DNA of 64,000 bases from an uncultured Chthonomonadaceae bacterium (GTDB lineage Bacteria; Armatimonadota; Chthonomonadetes; Chthonomonadales; Chthonomonadaceae), in contig CAWFQB010000001.1 of NCBI GenBank assembly GCA_963817895.1, forward strand, positions 448,001 to 512,000, written 5' to 3'. Positions within the stretch are counted from its first letter, which is position 1. The number at the start of each line of letters is the position of its first letter. Both the position numbers and the translations under genes were made by a program. The notes below the pieces were generated by a model. The model saw nothing but the letters and a program-made list of their open reading frames with translations. It did no database searches and had not been told where the DNA came from. This document shows, piece after piece, positions 30,768-41,477 of this stretch.

Positions 30768-32240
30768 ATGATAACGACTACTGATAACAATCCAGAGCGC
30801 GTTCCAACCGGTGTGCCGGGGCTGGACGCTATTTTGCATGGCGGCTTCCTCCGCAACGGCTTTTACCTGCTGCAAGGCGATCCCGGTTCCGGCAAAACTA
30901 CGATGGCAATTCAGTTCATGCTGGAATGCGTGGGGCGCGGGGAACGCTGCCTGTATATCAACCTGTCGGAAACGGAAGAGGACATGCGCAACGTCGCGCG
31001 TTCGCACGGCTGGAATCTGGAAGGCATCGAAATATGCGATCTGTCTTTGACGGAACAGCATCTCAGCGCGGACGCGCAGTACACGATTTTCCATCCGTCC
31101 GAAGTGGAACTTGGCGAAACCACACAAAGCCTGCTGGCTGAAGTGGAGCGAGTGAAGCCTAAGTTCGTCGTGTTTGACGGGCTTTCCGAGGTTCGCCTGC
31201 TATCCCGCGACCCTCTGCAATATCGCCGCCAGCTTCTGGCCCTGAAGCAGTATTTTGCCGCGCAGCAGATTACAGCCCTGCTGCTGGATGACCGCACCAA
31301 TCCCTCCGGGGAGATCGCGCCGGAAAGCTTGGTCGGCGGCAACATTCTGCTGGAACAACATTCCCCGGAATACGGCGCGGCGCGGCGTCGCCTGCGCGTA
31401 ACCAAAACGCGCGGCTCCGATTTTCACAGCGGCTTTCACGATTACGATATTCAGCAGGGCGGGGCAGTGGTTTATCCGCGCCTCGTGCTTATGTCCTCTG
31501 TAGCCAGTTTTGAAACGGGAGCCATCAAAAGTGAAGTAGAAGACCTTGATAAAATGTTGGGCGTCGGGCTTGAGCGTGGCACGACCACTGTTTTTCTGGG
31601 GCCGGCGGGCGTTGGCAAGTCCACCATTGCCATGCAGTTCGCGGTTGCCGCCCTGCGGCAGGGGCAGCGGGCCGCCATTTATACCTTTGACGAAGTGCTG
31701 CACACCCTGTTTCAGCGCGCCGAAAAACTCAGTCAGATTAACTTCGCCGAGTACATGGCGCAGGACTTGCTGCACGTTCAGCAGGTGGACCCCGCGGAAC
31801 TCTCTCCAGGCGCGTTTGCCCGCGAAGTGCATCGGGTTGTGGATGAACTCGGGGTGAAACTGCTTGTGATTGACAGCCTGAACGGGTACATGAACGCTAT
31901 GCCCGGCGAACGCTTTCTGCTGATGCACCTGCACGAACTGTTCGCCTATCTCAACCAGAAGGGCGTCGTTACCATTGTGATTGTGGCGCAGCATGGACTG
32001 TTGAACGCGCCGGCTTCGGATGTGGATACCAGCTACCTTGCCGACAATGTTCTGCTGTTGCGCCATATTGAGGTGAATGGCGAAGTGAAGCAGGCTATCG
32101 GCGTGGTGAAGAAGCGGTCCGGCAATCACGACCGCGCCCTGCGGGAACTTCGTATTGACGACACAGGTATTCATGTAGGCGATCCTCTCCGGCAACTTAC
32201 AGGGGATCGTAACGGGCATTCCCCGCTTGCTCAGCTTTGA
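30768..32240 (+). CDS. KaiC/RAD55/GvpD-like double RecA-fold ATPase
   Basis: Two Walker A motifs, GDPGSGKT and GPAGVGKS. Confidence 0.9.
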   Translation: MITTTDNNPERVPTGVPGLDAILHGGFLRNGFYLLQGDPGSGKTTMAIQFMLECVGRGERCLYINLSETEEDMRNVARSHGWNLEGIEICDLSLTEQHLSADAQYTIFHPSEVELGETTQSLLAEVERVKPKFVVFDGLSEVRLLSRDPLQYRRQLLALKQYFAAQQITALLLDDRTNPSGEIAPESLVGGNILLEQHSPEYGAARRRLRVTKTRGSDFHSGFHDYDIQQGGAVVYPRLVLMSSVASFETGAIKSEVEDLDKMLGVGLERGTTTVFLGPAGVGKSTIAMQFAVAALRQGQRAAIYTFDEVLHTLFQRAEKLSQINFAEYMAQDLLHVQQVDPAELSPGAFAREVHRVVDELGVKLLVIDSLNGYMNAMPGERFLLMHLHELFAYLNQKGVVTIVIVAQHGLLNAPASDVDTSYLADNVLLLRHIEVNGEVKQAIGVVKKRSGNHDRALRELRIDDTGIHVGDPLRQLTGDRNGHSPLAQL

Positions 32241-32336
32241 GGGAGAGGCCTCCTGACCGCGTCAGAATGCGCGGCTTGGCCCCGACAGCGCGCTTTCGAC
32301 GCAGAAACAACCGGTAGTATAGACGGGAACAACATT

Positions 32337-33443
32337 TTGCCTGACGACAAGGCCACAGACAGGGCTGCAAACAGCGAATGTGTTTTGATTCACGCCCCGT
32401 TGGGACGCGACGCGCTTCTGGCCGCCCACGCGCTTCTGGAAATCGGAGTTTCGTCTCAGGTGTGCGAGACGACAACGGCCCTTCGCGCGTCCCTACAGCC
32501 GGAAACAACCGCCCTGCTGCTGACCATAGACGGGTTGCAGGCATCGGATTTGGAGCGCATCGGAACCTATCTTCACGCGCAGCCGCCCTGGTCGGATTTG
32601 CCGGTGATTTTGCTGGCGAATACCGAGGCTTCCGCGTTACTTGAGGAAGTAATGCCGCTGCTTGGCAATGTCACCCTGTTGCAGCGCCCCCTGCGGCGTT
32701 CGTCCCTGCTTTCCGCCGTGCAATCCGCCCTGCGCGCCCGCCGCCGCCAGTACCAGGTGCGCGACCTGCTGGCGGAAACGGAGCGCGCGCGAATGGAAGC
32801 CGAGCGGCAGCAGAAGCGCATCGAGACGCTGAACGAGCAATTGAAACGCGCCATGACGGAAACGCATCACCGCGTGAAAAACAATCTACAGGTGATTGCC
32901 GCAATGGTGGATATGCAGGTGATGGAGCAGACAAGCATGCTGCCCGTAAGCGAGTTCCGCCGCCTGGGTTCGCATATTCACATGCTGGCCGCTGTTCACG
33001 ACCTGCTCACCTCCCAGGCGAAAGAGGATGGATTGGCGCACTACGTCTCGTCGGAAGATGTCATGCACAAATTGTTGCCGCTGATGCAGCAGTTGTCCGG
33101 CAGGCCGCTGGCGAAGGTAACGGTTGTGGACGTGCCGCTTACCGCCAAGCAGGGGACCTCCCTGGCGCTGGTCATGAACGAGCTGGTCAGCAACGCCTAC
33201 AAGCATGGCAACGGACATGTCGAAGTCAGTTTTACTACCCTTGGGCCGGAAGCGATTCTGGAAGTTTGCGATGACGGTCCGGGCTTCGCGCCCGATTTCA
33301 ATCCCCTGAAAGCCGCGCACACGGGGCTGGAACTGGTGGAAAGCTTGAGCCGCTGGGACCTGTTCGGGCATACCCGCTATCAGACGCGGGAAACCGGCGG
33401 CGGGCAAGTCAGCGTCACTATGCCGCTTGCCCCTGCCGCGTGA
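32337..33443 (+). CDS. Sensor histidine kinase (HisKA_2 type) with N-terminal pseudo-receiver
   Basis: ETHHRVKNNLQ, NELVSNAYKHG, DDGPGF. Confidence 0.9.
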   Translation: MPDDKATDRAANSECVLIHAPLGRDALLAAHALLEIGVSSQVCETTTALRASLQPETTALLLTIDGLQASDLERIGTYLHAQPPWSDLPVILLANTEASALLEEVMPLLGNVTLLQRPLRRSSLLSAVQSALRARRRQYQVRDLLAETERARMEAERQQKRIETLNEQLKRAMTETHHRVKNNLQVIAAMVDMQVMEQTSMLPVSEFRRLGSHIHMLAAVHDLLTSQAKEDGLAHYVSSEDVMHKLLPLMQQLSGRPLAKVTVVDVPLTAKQGTSLALVMNELVSNAYKHGNGHVEVSFTTLGPEAILEVCDDGPGFAPDFNPLKAAHTGLELVESLSRWDLFGHTRYQTRETGGGQVSVTMPLAPAA

Positions 33444-33482
33444 TGTACTATCCTGAAACCAATCCCGTTCAAATAAGCGCTT

Positions 33483-33570
33483 GTAGGGACACAACTTGTT
33501 GTGTCCTGCTTCGATAGTTGTGTCCTGCTTCGGTAAAGGAGTACACGGACACAACAAGTTGTGTCCCTAC
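33483..33570. repeat. GTAG-type REP doublet (REPIN-like)
   Basis: GTAGGGACACAACTTGTTGTGTCC at 33483-33506 and its perfect reverse complement at 33547-33570. Confidence 0.85.
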
Positions 33571-33623
33571 GTTATTGCGCCCGCAAATGCAATGCGCGGG
33601 CGCTTATTGAATAATGTAGCGCT

Positions 33624-34472
33624 TCAAAGCGCGTCTTTGGGTTTGTTTTGCCGCTCGTTGTAGAGGGCAATGGCGTCGTCGAGGAACCGGCTTCCCGCGT
33701 CGTTCATGTCGGGAACCAGAGCGGCAAGCGGCTGTTCGGTTTCGGGAAGCGCATTGTGGCTGTCCCAGAACTGCTTTAAGCCCGCTACCACATCCGGGTC
33801 GCCCTGCGTAAATTGGAACAGCAGTTCGCTCTTCAGGCGGGCAAGCGCCTGCCCCTCTTCCCCGCTGGGGTCGGCTTCATCCGCCGCGAGTTTCTGCGAC
33901 TCGGAGGCCAGATACGCCCATTGTTCGTTAGCCCGTTCCTGATCCGCTTCTGTCCACGCTTCCCGTTGTTCCATTTTCGCGCGGGCTTCCGGCGTGTAGG
34001 AATCCTGCGTCAGTTCCTCAATTTTTTGCAGTTGCGCGTCGTTGAAATACTTTTGAACCCACTCTTTTGTTTGTTCCATTTGGATAGCCTCGATGACCCC
34101 GACGATGGCTTCCCGCTCGCAATAACCGGCCTGTGACAGCGCCTCGACACGCGCGATGGCTTTCAGGATGGCGTCTAGCTGCCGCCGCTTATCCCGAAGC
34201 ATGGCTTTTTGCCGCGCCAGTGTGGTTTCCAAGTGCTGCGGTTCCCGGCTGAGACACTGCCTTATCTCTTCCAGCGAAAACCCCAGATATTTGAGCGCGA
34301 GGATGTGCTGTAGCGTGAGCAGGTCTGCCTCCGCGTACAGCCTGTATCCCGCTTCCGTATGTTGCGCGGGCGACAGCAGCCCGACAGCATCGTAGTAACG
34401 GAGTGTACGCAGGGACACGCGGGCCTTGCGGGCGAATGTGCCGATTGAGTATAAATGTTTCGTCAGGGTCAT
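33624..34472 (-). CDS. MerR-family regulator (Mta/TipA-like)
   Basis: YSIGTFARKARVSLRTLRYYDAVGLL..GYRLY; TipAS-like C-terminal domain. Confidence 0.92.
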   Translation of the reverse strand: MTLTKHLYSIGTFARKARVSLRTLRYYDAVGLLSPAQHTEAGYRLYAEADLLTLQHILALKYLGFSLEEIRQCLSREPQHLETTLARQKAMLRDKRRQLDAILKAIARVEALSQAGYCEREAIVGVIEAIQMEQTKEWVQKYFNDAQLQKIEELTQDSYTPEARAKMEQREAWTEADQERANEQWAYLASESQKLAADEADPSGEEGQALARLKSELLFQFTQGDPDVVAGLKQFWDSHNALPETEQPLAALVPDMNDAGSRFLDDAIALYNERQNKPKDAL

Positions 34473-34489
34473 GTTTCCTTTCACGCAAC

Positions 34490-34520
34490 AGTGTACAGCG
34501 TGACGTAACGTAAAGGTCAA
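34490..34520 (-). promoter_or_regulatory. MerR-type promoter/operator with 19-bp spacer
   Basis: TTGACC-19 bp (containing TACGTTACGTCA)-TACACT, 17 nt upstream of the MerR ATG. Confidence 0.8.
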
Positions 34521-34745
34521 GGGCAAAATAAAAATATTTTTCGTAAAGGCGGAAAAGAGAAAAACAACCTTTCCTGTTTGCTGTTCGCGCTATGAGCAAC
34601 GATAAAGATACGCCGTTGGCGCATCGCTGTTTGATTTTTGTAGAAAGGGTTGGGGCAAGGTAAACAAGCCTGCAACTTTACCCGGTCTTTACCTGTCAAG
34701 GCATAACCTGACTTTGAAGACTCTGAAGACCGACAAGGAGGAACC

Positions 34746-36992
34746 ATGTCTCCCATCCGTTCGGCGGACTCGACCGCCGCAGAGGAACCCCCGGAACGCC
34801 CGCCTGCTGCGCCCAATATGGGCGTTGCCCCGGAACTGAACTTGCCCGCGTTGATTCAATTGGAGGGCGATTACGCTGAAGATGGTCGTTATGGTCGGCG
34901 CGTTTTTGAAGTAACCGCCGATTACGCGCGGGTTCTGGAAGCGAACGGCGCGACCTCGTTCCAGATGCCAATAGCAGATATAAAATCCGCCCGCAACGAG
35001 CCGATGGTTGGCGGTGGGCAACTGGAAGTCACCACCAAAACCAACGAAATCGTACCCGTTCTCGCGTACTCGCTTACGCTTGCCGCCAAATTTTCCGAAG
35101 CGGCGCGTGGTTTGGAACAGCTTGCCAAAGGCGAAGCGCTGTGCATCAATCTCAAGCAGGAACGCCTGCGCTGCGAAAAGTGTAACCGCCTGCTGCCGGA
35201 AAAAGACGGCATCTGCCCCGCCTGCGTCAACCGGCGCAAAACCCTGCTGCGCATCGCGGGCTTTCTCGGCCCGTACCGGCTTCACGCGGCGGGGCTTGTC
35301 GGGCTGGCTCTGCTGACGACCGTTATCAACCTGCTGCCGCCGATTATTCAGGGCAGTATCATTGACAACGTGCTGACCACGCATAAAAATATCAACAAAT
35401 TGGGCGGTCTGATGGGCGCGTGGCTGGCAATCGTGGTTGTCGCTACGTTTGTGCAAATCGCGACCGGACGCCTGACGGCCATTCTGAGCGGCAGCATCGC
35501 CGCCGACCTTCGCGCGGGCGTGTATCGCGCCATCGAGCAGTTGCAGGTCAGCTATTTCGACAAAAAGCAGGTGGGGGCAATTACCAGCCGGGTTACGCAG
35601 GACACGGATCGCGTGTGGAATTTTCTCGTGGACGGCCTGCCCTATCTGGTTTCCAATGCCCTGCTGCTTGTGGGCGTCGGAACCTTGCTGTTTGTGACAA
35701 ACTGGAAACTGGCGCTGTATGTGCTGTCGCCCATGCCACTCGTTCTCCTGCTCAGTGGCGTGTTCTGGAAACCGATTTCGCAAAAGTATTTCCGCGTGGG
35801 CCAGAAGTGGGCGCGGTTTCACATGCACCTCAACGAGTCGCTGACGGGGATTCGGGTTGTCAAGGCATTCGCCAAAGAAGACCACGAGTACGACAAGTTC
35901 ACGCGGCACAATCGGGAACTGCGCGACGCGGGCGTCGAGGCGGACGTGAAATGGTTCACCATATTCAGCGCGATGATCCTGTTCACCAGCCTGGGCGCGT
36001 TAATCCACTGGACAGTGGGCGGCTATATGGTGTATAAAGGCGAACTGACGCTGGGCAGTTTTATCCGCATCAACGCCTTTATCGGCATGATTTATATGCC
36101 CCTGCAATGGTTCGGGCAATTGAATCAGTGGTTCAGCAAGGCGATGGCGGGCGCGGAGCGCATTTTCGAGATCATAGACGCGGAAAAAGAGCAGTACGCG
36201 AAGGAAAACGGCAAGCCTCACGCGATTGTGGGCGAAGTGCAGTTCGATAACGTCCGCTTCGGTTACGACAAGTCCAACCCGATTTTGAAGGGGCTGAACT
36301 TTACCGCGCAGCCGGGGGAGATGATCGGGCTTGTCGGCAAATCCGGCGCGGGCAAATCCACGACCATCAACCTGCTGTGCCGCTTTTACGAGCCGGACGC
36401 GGGCAGCATCAAGATTGATGGCATTGACTACCGCGACATTACGCTTCAGGATATGCGGCATCAGATCGGCATCGTGTTGCAGGAACCGTTTCTGTTCAAC
36501 GGCTCGGTCGCGGAAAACATATCCTACGGCAAGCCCGACGCGGCTTTTGAAGAGATTGTTGCTGCGGCCAAAGCCGCCAACGCGCACAACTTCATACTCG
36601 GCAAACCGGACGGCTACGACACGATGGTAGGCGAGAAGGGCGGCAAATTGTCGGGCGGCGAGCGGCAGCGCGTGTCCATTGCCCGCGCCATTCTGCACAA
36701 CCCGCGCATCCTCATCCTGGACGAAGCGACATCAAGCGTGGACGTGGAAACCGAAAAGCAGATACAGGAGGCCATCAGCCGCCTGATTGCCGGACGCACC
36801 ACGTTTGCGATTGCGCACCGCCTTTCTACCCTGCGCAACGCCAGCCGCCTTGTCGTGCTGGAAAAGGGCGAAATCGTGGAAATGGGAACCCATGCCGAAC
36901 TGATGGAAAAGAAAGGCGAGTTCTATAAACTGGTCGAAACGCAATCGCAGGTGACGCAGATATTGGGTGAAGTGGGCGAAGAAGCAAAATAA
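34746..36992 (+). CDS. ABC transporter ATP-binding/permease with N-terminal extension and CxxC..CxxC motif
   Basis: TMD; GKSGAGKS; LSGGERQR; LILDEATSS. Confidence 0.95.
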   Translation: MSPIRSADSTAAEEPPERPPAAPNMGVAPELNLPALIQLEGDYAEDGRYGRRVFEVTADYARVLEANGATSFQMPIADIKSARNEPMVGGGQLEVTTKTNEIVPVLAYSLTLAAKFSEAARGLEQLAKGEALCINLKQERLRCEKCNRLLPEKDGICPACVNRRKTLLRIAGFLGPYRLHAAGLVGLALLTTVINLLPPIIQGSIIDNVLTTHKNINKLGGLMGAWLAIVVVATFVQIATGRLTAILSGSIAADLRAGVYRAIEQLQVSYFDKKQVGAITSRVTQDTDRVWNFLVDGLPYLVSNALLLVGVGTLLFVTNWKLALYVLSPMPLVLLLSGVFWKPISQKYFRVGQKWARFHMHLNESLTGIRVVKAFAKEDHEYDKFTRHNRELRDAGVEADVKWFTIFSAMILFTSLGALIHWTVGGYMVYKGELTLGSFIRINAFIGMIYMPLQWFGQLNQWFSKAMAGAERIFEIIDAEKEQYAKENGKPHAIVGEVQFDNVRFGYDKSNPILKGLNFTAQPGEMIGLVGKSGAGKSTTINLLCRFYEPDAGSIKIDGIDYRDITLQDMRHQIGIVLQEPFLFNGSVAENISYGKPDAAFEEIVAAAKAANAHNFILGKPDGYDTMVGEKGGKLSGGERQRVSIARAILHNPRILILDEATSSVDVETEKQIQEAISRLIAGRTTFAIAHRLSTLRNASRLVVLEKGEIVEMGTHAELMEKKGEFYKLVETQSQVTQILGEVGEEAK

Positions 36993-37006
36993 TGACACGG
37001 ATTTAA

Positions 37007-37133
37007 CCACAGAGACACAGAGACACAGAGGGGTCACAGAGAAAAACGAGAGAGGAGAATATAAGGGTGTGTTTCGCGGTTCTTCCCTCAGTATTCCTCT
37101 GTGAAACCTCTGTGTCTCTGTGTCTCTGTGGTG
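37007..37133. repeat. Inverted (CACAGAGA)n octamer hairpin
   Basis: CCACAGAGACACAGAGACACAGAG facing CTCTGTGTCTCTGTGTCTCTGTGG. Confidence 0.85.
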
Positions 37134-37156
37134 AAAGTTCTTTTAAGGAGGGCATC

Positions 37157-38327
37157 ATGGAGATACGCGAACTCAGAGCGGACGAGCAGGAGACTGCAAC
37201 TTACATCGGGCGGCAGGCGTTTGCGCATGGCAGCCGGGGTGGAACGGGTTGGCATGCCGACCCGAACTGCCCAACGCTTACCTCGCTCGGCGTTTTCGAT
37301 GAGGCGGGAATGCAGGCGCGATTGAACATCATCCACTACCGCGTTCATCTTGGCGCGAATGTGGTTATGCCGATGGGCGGGATCGGGGGCGTGGCGTGTC
37401 TGCCGGCAAGTCGGGGCAAGGGGTATACGGGCAAACTGCTGCAAGCCGCGCTGGCTCAGATGCGCGACCTGCAAATGCCGCTTTCGTCCCTGTTTCCGTT
37501 CAGTTGGGAGTTCTACAGGCGCTATGGCTGGGAGTGGGTCGGCTGGACGCGGCAGTACAACATCCCCACGCGCCTGTTCAAGCCGAGTCCGCATACGGAG
37601 CATGTTCGCGCCGCGACGGAAGCGGATCGTCCCAAAATCGAAGCGTGTTACACCGCGTATGCCAGACGATTTCGGGGCATGCTGGCGCGTGACGAGAAAA
37701 AGTGGAACGACAAACTCAAAGACCAGGATGATAAGTACACGTACACGTATGTGTTTGAGAACAACGGCGGCGTGGAGGGCTATATTTCCTATGGCGGCGG
37801 CACGGGTCAGGAAACATATCTGAGTGAGTTCATTGCCCTGACGCCCGACGCGCGGCTTGCCCTGCTCGGCCTGCTACGCCGCCACGACATGCAGACGGAA
37901 AAGTTCGTCTGGCGCCGCGCCCAGCAATGACCCGCTGTTCCATCAGCTATGCCACGATGACATTAACATCAAACTGTTTCCGACCACGCAGGGGCGCGTG
38001 ATAGATGTTGCCGCCGCTTTCGCCGCATGGAAACCCAACCCGGACCTGCGCGGCAGTGTCCGCCTGTCCGTAACCGATGAATACGCGGATTGGAATCAGG
38101 GCATCTGGCACATCGAATATGAGAACGGCCAGACGGACATTCGCAAAACCGACAGGGAACCGCAAGTCACCCTGTCCATACAAGCCCTGTCGCAAGCCTA
38201 CTACGGGACGCCTACCCTGGATGAAATCCGCGAAGCGGGACAAGTACAGGTACACGAGGAAACTGGCTACGACGCCCTGCGCGACCTGCTTTCCGGCCCG
38301 CCGATGTGGACTTGTGACAGCTTCTAG
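37157..38327 (+). CDS. Eis-family GNAT acetyltransferase with SCP2-like C-terminus, one frameshift (~37920)
   Basis: GIGGVACLPASRGKGY, LFPFSWEFYRRYGWE. Continues in ORF 37857-38327. Confidence 0.85.
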
Positions 38328-38377
38328 TCTTTTCGCCTGTAAACCTACAGCCGGACTGATATAAAATTAACAAACTG

Positions 38378-40453
38378 TCAGATGTAAATTTTGTAGGTTT
38401 GCAGGTGCTGGAGGGGGCCGTAGAGCGCCCACAGGGAACCTACAATATAATCTCCTAAGATCAGGCCGAGGAAAAACGGAATGGCGGCGTTGTACATTTT
38501 CATGCCGCCGAAGCGCACCAGTATGGATTTTAACGCCCACGCCACGAAGAAGCAGAACCAGAAATAGTCCATTGCGAACGACACGGACAGCGCGTACCCG
38601 GCAGGATGGAACGGCCACCAGAGGAAATTGCTTCTCATGCCGCGCAGGAAAATCACCAAAAGGAATCCGCCCGCGATGTAAAACAGCTGCGTGGCGTTCA
38701 CTTTGGCGGGCGTACTCAGCCAGTCGTGCAGGCGGTCGTAGCTTTCCGCGCCCACCCACTGCTTGAAGCCCGCCGCTTTTGCCGTCGCGCCTTCCGTAAA
38801 CGTGACGTGCAGGTTGGCCCAGTACGCGCAAACGGTTCCCCAGAGCAGCGCGATTACCAGCACTTTCAGAATGGAACTCTGCCGGATACGGGCCGTTTCG
38901 CCCATCTTCATAGCTTCCAGTTCGTTGGGCATGGGATGGCAGCGATAGCCCCGGTTGAACCAGTACATCGTGGAAAGCGCGGTCAGACTCTGCGCCCCAA
39001 TCGCCTGACTGCCAAATAGCGTTACCAGTATCAGGCGCGGATTGACAAAATAAATCTCATGCGGCGTTCCCAATTCCGCCCGTACCCGCGTAAGCGTGAG
39101 AGCCAGCAAAAAGTACAGCCCGAAAAACAAAACCGCCACCCAGGGCGTCAGCCCGATCTTCCAGCTATACCCCGCCAGAATCACAATCCCCACGCCAACG
39201 CCGATGAACGCGCCGCGATACTGGCTTACAGAGGTGGTGGATTGTGGATTGTGGATTGTGGATTGAGTCTCCTCTTCTCCTCTTCTCCTTTTCTCCTTTT
39301 CTTCCCTTCCCCATGCGATGCGCCACGCCTGCCGGAACTGCTTGCGCAACGCCCACACAATCGTCAGCCCCCAGGCGATCCACGCGCCGCTGGCCTGCTG
39401 CTCGAAGTAGGGGAAGCCCTGGCTGCCGGGACCGTCCAGACCACTGGCCGCGCCGAATACCTGAAACAGTTTGCGGGCGACGAAGAAGAACCAGCAGGAG
39501 AAGGATAAATCCAGCGGGACAAAAAACGCAAGGCCGATGGCGAAGGGGTACAGTGACATATTGGTGACGCCAATCGCGCTCCACGGGCGGGCGGTCACGA
39601 ACTGACCGAGGTTGTACTGCTTGACGATTTCGAGATAGGGCAGGGAGGGATAGAGGGAGTGTAGGCCGTTGATGCTGTCCACAAGGGCGGCAAGGGCAAA
39701 CCCGGTCCACATCATTCGGCTTGAAAACAAACCTGCGCCGGTCGCGGTCTTGCCGCTGTTGTCGTCCGTCATGGCGAGCGGAAGCTGCACGATGGGGAAA
39801 GCCAGCCGCTCGTTGTCGCTCCACTGGCTGCGGATAAGAATGTTCAGGCACAGACACACGCCAATCAGAGTGCCGATGAAGACCGTCCACCAGGCGAGCG
39901 GCTGCACGAACGGCCCCCAGTAGCGCGGATCGTAGGGGTTGGCGTTGCCTAAATAGTAGGCTTTCAGAGCTTCCGGGTCGCGCACAATCCAGAACGAGGG
40001 CAAAAACGCGAAAAACAGATCGCCCCATTTGTTCTCTTTGGTGGCGAAGCGATCCGCGTGTCCAATCGCGCCGAACAGGTTCTGGAACATATCGTGTCCC
40101 GCCAGCAGGGTTCCGATGACCAGAATGATGTAAATGGTGAGCAGTTCCGGCTGCGAAAAGCACAGTCGGGGCGCGACGCGGGGCAGAAAGCGGCGTATTC
40201 CCAAATTCAGCAGGCACAGCCAGAATAAAAAGAAAATGGGCGTAATGAACAGGGGCAGACTGGTTCCGTCGAGGGTATACCAGCGCACTTCCACGACCGT
40301 AATCCAGAACGTGTTGGGTACGGTCAGCAGCAGGCCGAGCAACACCGCGCGCAGCGAAACGTTGCGCAACTCCTGCGCAGACGAGGGCAAAACGGCATCA
40401 TTAGCGATGGCGGCGGATGTTGCGCCGCGCAGGAGGGGCTTCGTTGGTTCCAT
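38378..40453 (-). CDS. Polytopic membrane protein (DUF6785/DUF6784, OPT-like transporter)
   Basis: SLRAVLLGLLL, QWSDNERLAFPIVQLP, WWPFHPAGY, PFFLGLILGD. Confidence 0.75.
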   Translation of the reverse strand: MEPTKPLLRGATSAAIANDAVLPSSAQELRNVSLRAVLLGLLLTVPNTFWITVVEVRWYTLDGTSLPLFITPIFFLFWLCLLNLGIRRFLPRVAPRLCFSQPELLTIYIILVIGTLLAGHDMFQNLFGAIGHADRFATKENKWGDLFFAFLPSFWIVRDPEALKAYYLGNANPYDPRYWGPFVQPLAWWTVFIGTLIGVCLCLNILIRSQWSDNERLAFPIVQLPLAMTDDNSGKTATGAGLFSSRMMWTGFALAALVDSINGLHSLYPSLPYLEIVKQYNLGQFVTARPWSAIGVTNMSLYPFAIGLAFFVPLDLSFSCWFFFVARKLFQVFGAASGLDGPGSQGFPYFEQQASGAWIAWGLTIVWALRKQFRQAWRIAWGREEKEKRRRGEEETQSTIHNPQSTTSVSQYRGAFIGVGVGIVILAGYSWKIGLTPWVAVLFFGLYFLLALTLTRVRAELGTPHEIYFVNPRLILVTLFGSQAIGAQSLTALSTMYWFNRGYRCHPMPNELEAMKMGETARIRQSSILKVLVIALLWGTVCAYWANLHVTFTEGATAKAAGFKQWVGAESYDRLHDWLSTPAKVNATQLFYIAGGFLLVIFLRGMRSNFLWWPFHPAGYALSVSFAMDYFWFCFFVAWALKSILVRFGGMKMYNAAIPFFLGLILGDYIVGSLWALYGPLQHLQTYKIYI

Positions 40454-40611
40454 GCGCTAATCATAGCAAATTCCGCCGTTCAACGCAAGGGGGAATTTCA
40501 ACGATGCGGGTGTTGAGGTATTCGGATATTCAGGTGTTTAGGTGTTGAGACTTCGCATTTCATGTTTTATTCGCGTGTATTCGCGTTGATTTGCGGCTAA
40601 CCTCTCCTGCA

Positions 40612-41175
40612 TTATGCGGGCCGTTTCAGGCTTTCCAGATACTTGAACACGTTTTCCGCTTCCTTGCCGCCCATTTTGGCGTGGGCGAGGAGCGGAATAC
40701 CGTGCGGGCCTTTGGCGTCAACCAGCGTGGGATGCGCCGTCAGCAGGAGTTTCACGACCTCCAGATGGCCGAGCATCGTGGCGGTGAACAGGTCAGGACG
40801 CGCGCCTTTTTCGATTAAGAACAGAGCAATGTCGCGCCGTCCCATGTGCGACGCGCCGCCAATCCCCGCTTCCCAATCCCCCCCGCCCCAATCCACAGTG
40901 GCATTGAGTACGGCAGGCTCTTTTTCCAGCAACTTTTTCACCATATCCAGGTCGTAGTGCGCGAAAATCACGAAATCCTGAACCAGCGTGCTGCCCAATC
41001 GCGGCTTGCGCAGTTTCGGCTTGAACGTGGGCGCGGGATAGTCGCGCGTCTCTTCCGGCGTTGGTGCCGGTGGCGTCGCGGGTACGGGCGTTTGCGCGTT
41101 GGCGATGGCTTCCGGGGCCAAAACTCCGGCAATCAGCGCGGCGTGAAACGCGCGGCGCGACATTCGTTCCTGCAT
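40612..41175 (-). CDS. Tat-signal ankyrin-like repeat protein
   Basis: SRRAF signal; DWEAGIGGASHMG; GPHGIPLLAHA. Confidence 0.75.
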   Translation of the reverse strand: MQERMSRRAFHAALIAGVLAPEAIANAQTPVPATPPAPTPEETRDYPAPTFKPKLRKPRLGSTLVQDFVIFAHYDLDMVKKLLEKEPAVLNATVDWGGGDWEAGIGGASHMGRRDIALFLIEKGARPDLFTATMLGHLEVVKLLLTAHPTLVDAKGPHGIPLLAHAKMGGKEAENVFKYLESLKRPA

Positions 41176-41477
41176 AATGGTTTCCTTTCCAGTCTTCTTT
41201 CCACAATCTGCCTGCCATAAGAAAAGTACAGGAGAAAAATACCTGTGATCTACATTCTACACCTATATGCGACATACGCGCAAGCGCTTTCGATGCAGTC
41301 TATCCCTGCCAACCGATGCAGATGATACCAACGTTTTACATTTTGAAGTTCTTTGTCATGTTGCTTTAAAGACGGGCTTGACCGAATTCAACGATGAAAG
41401 TATAATGGCCCTGCGCGAGTCACGGATGCGCAAATCACGAATAGAGATGAATACAGTCTGAATAGTTGAGGAAGAAT

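Noticed and set aside
30768..33443. Circadian clock kaiC
   Set aside because: No kaiA/kaiB. A KaiC-like ATPase next to a histidine kinase is a common known pairing.
37900..37935. Programmed ribosomal frameshifting in the split genes
   Set aside because: No slippery heptamer or stimulatory structure is evident. Sequencing indels are the simpler explanation.
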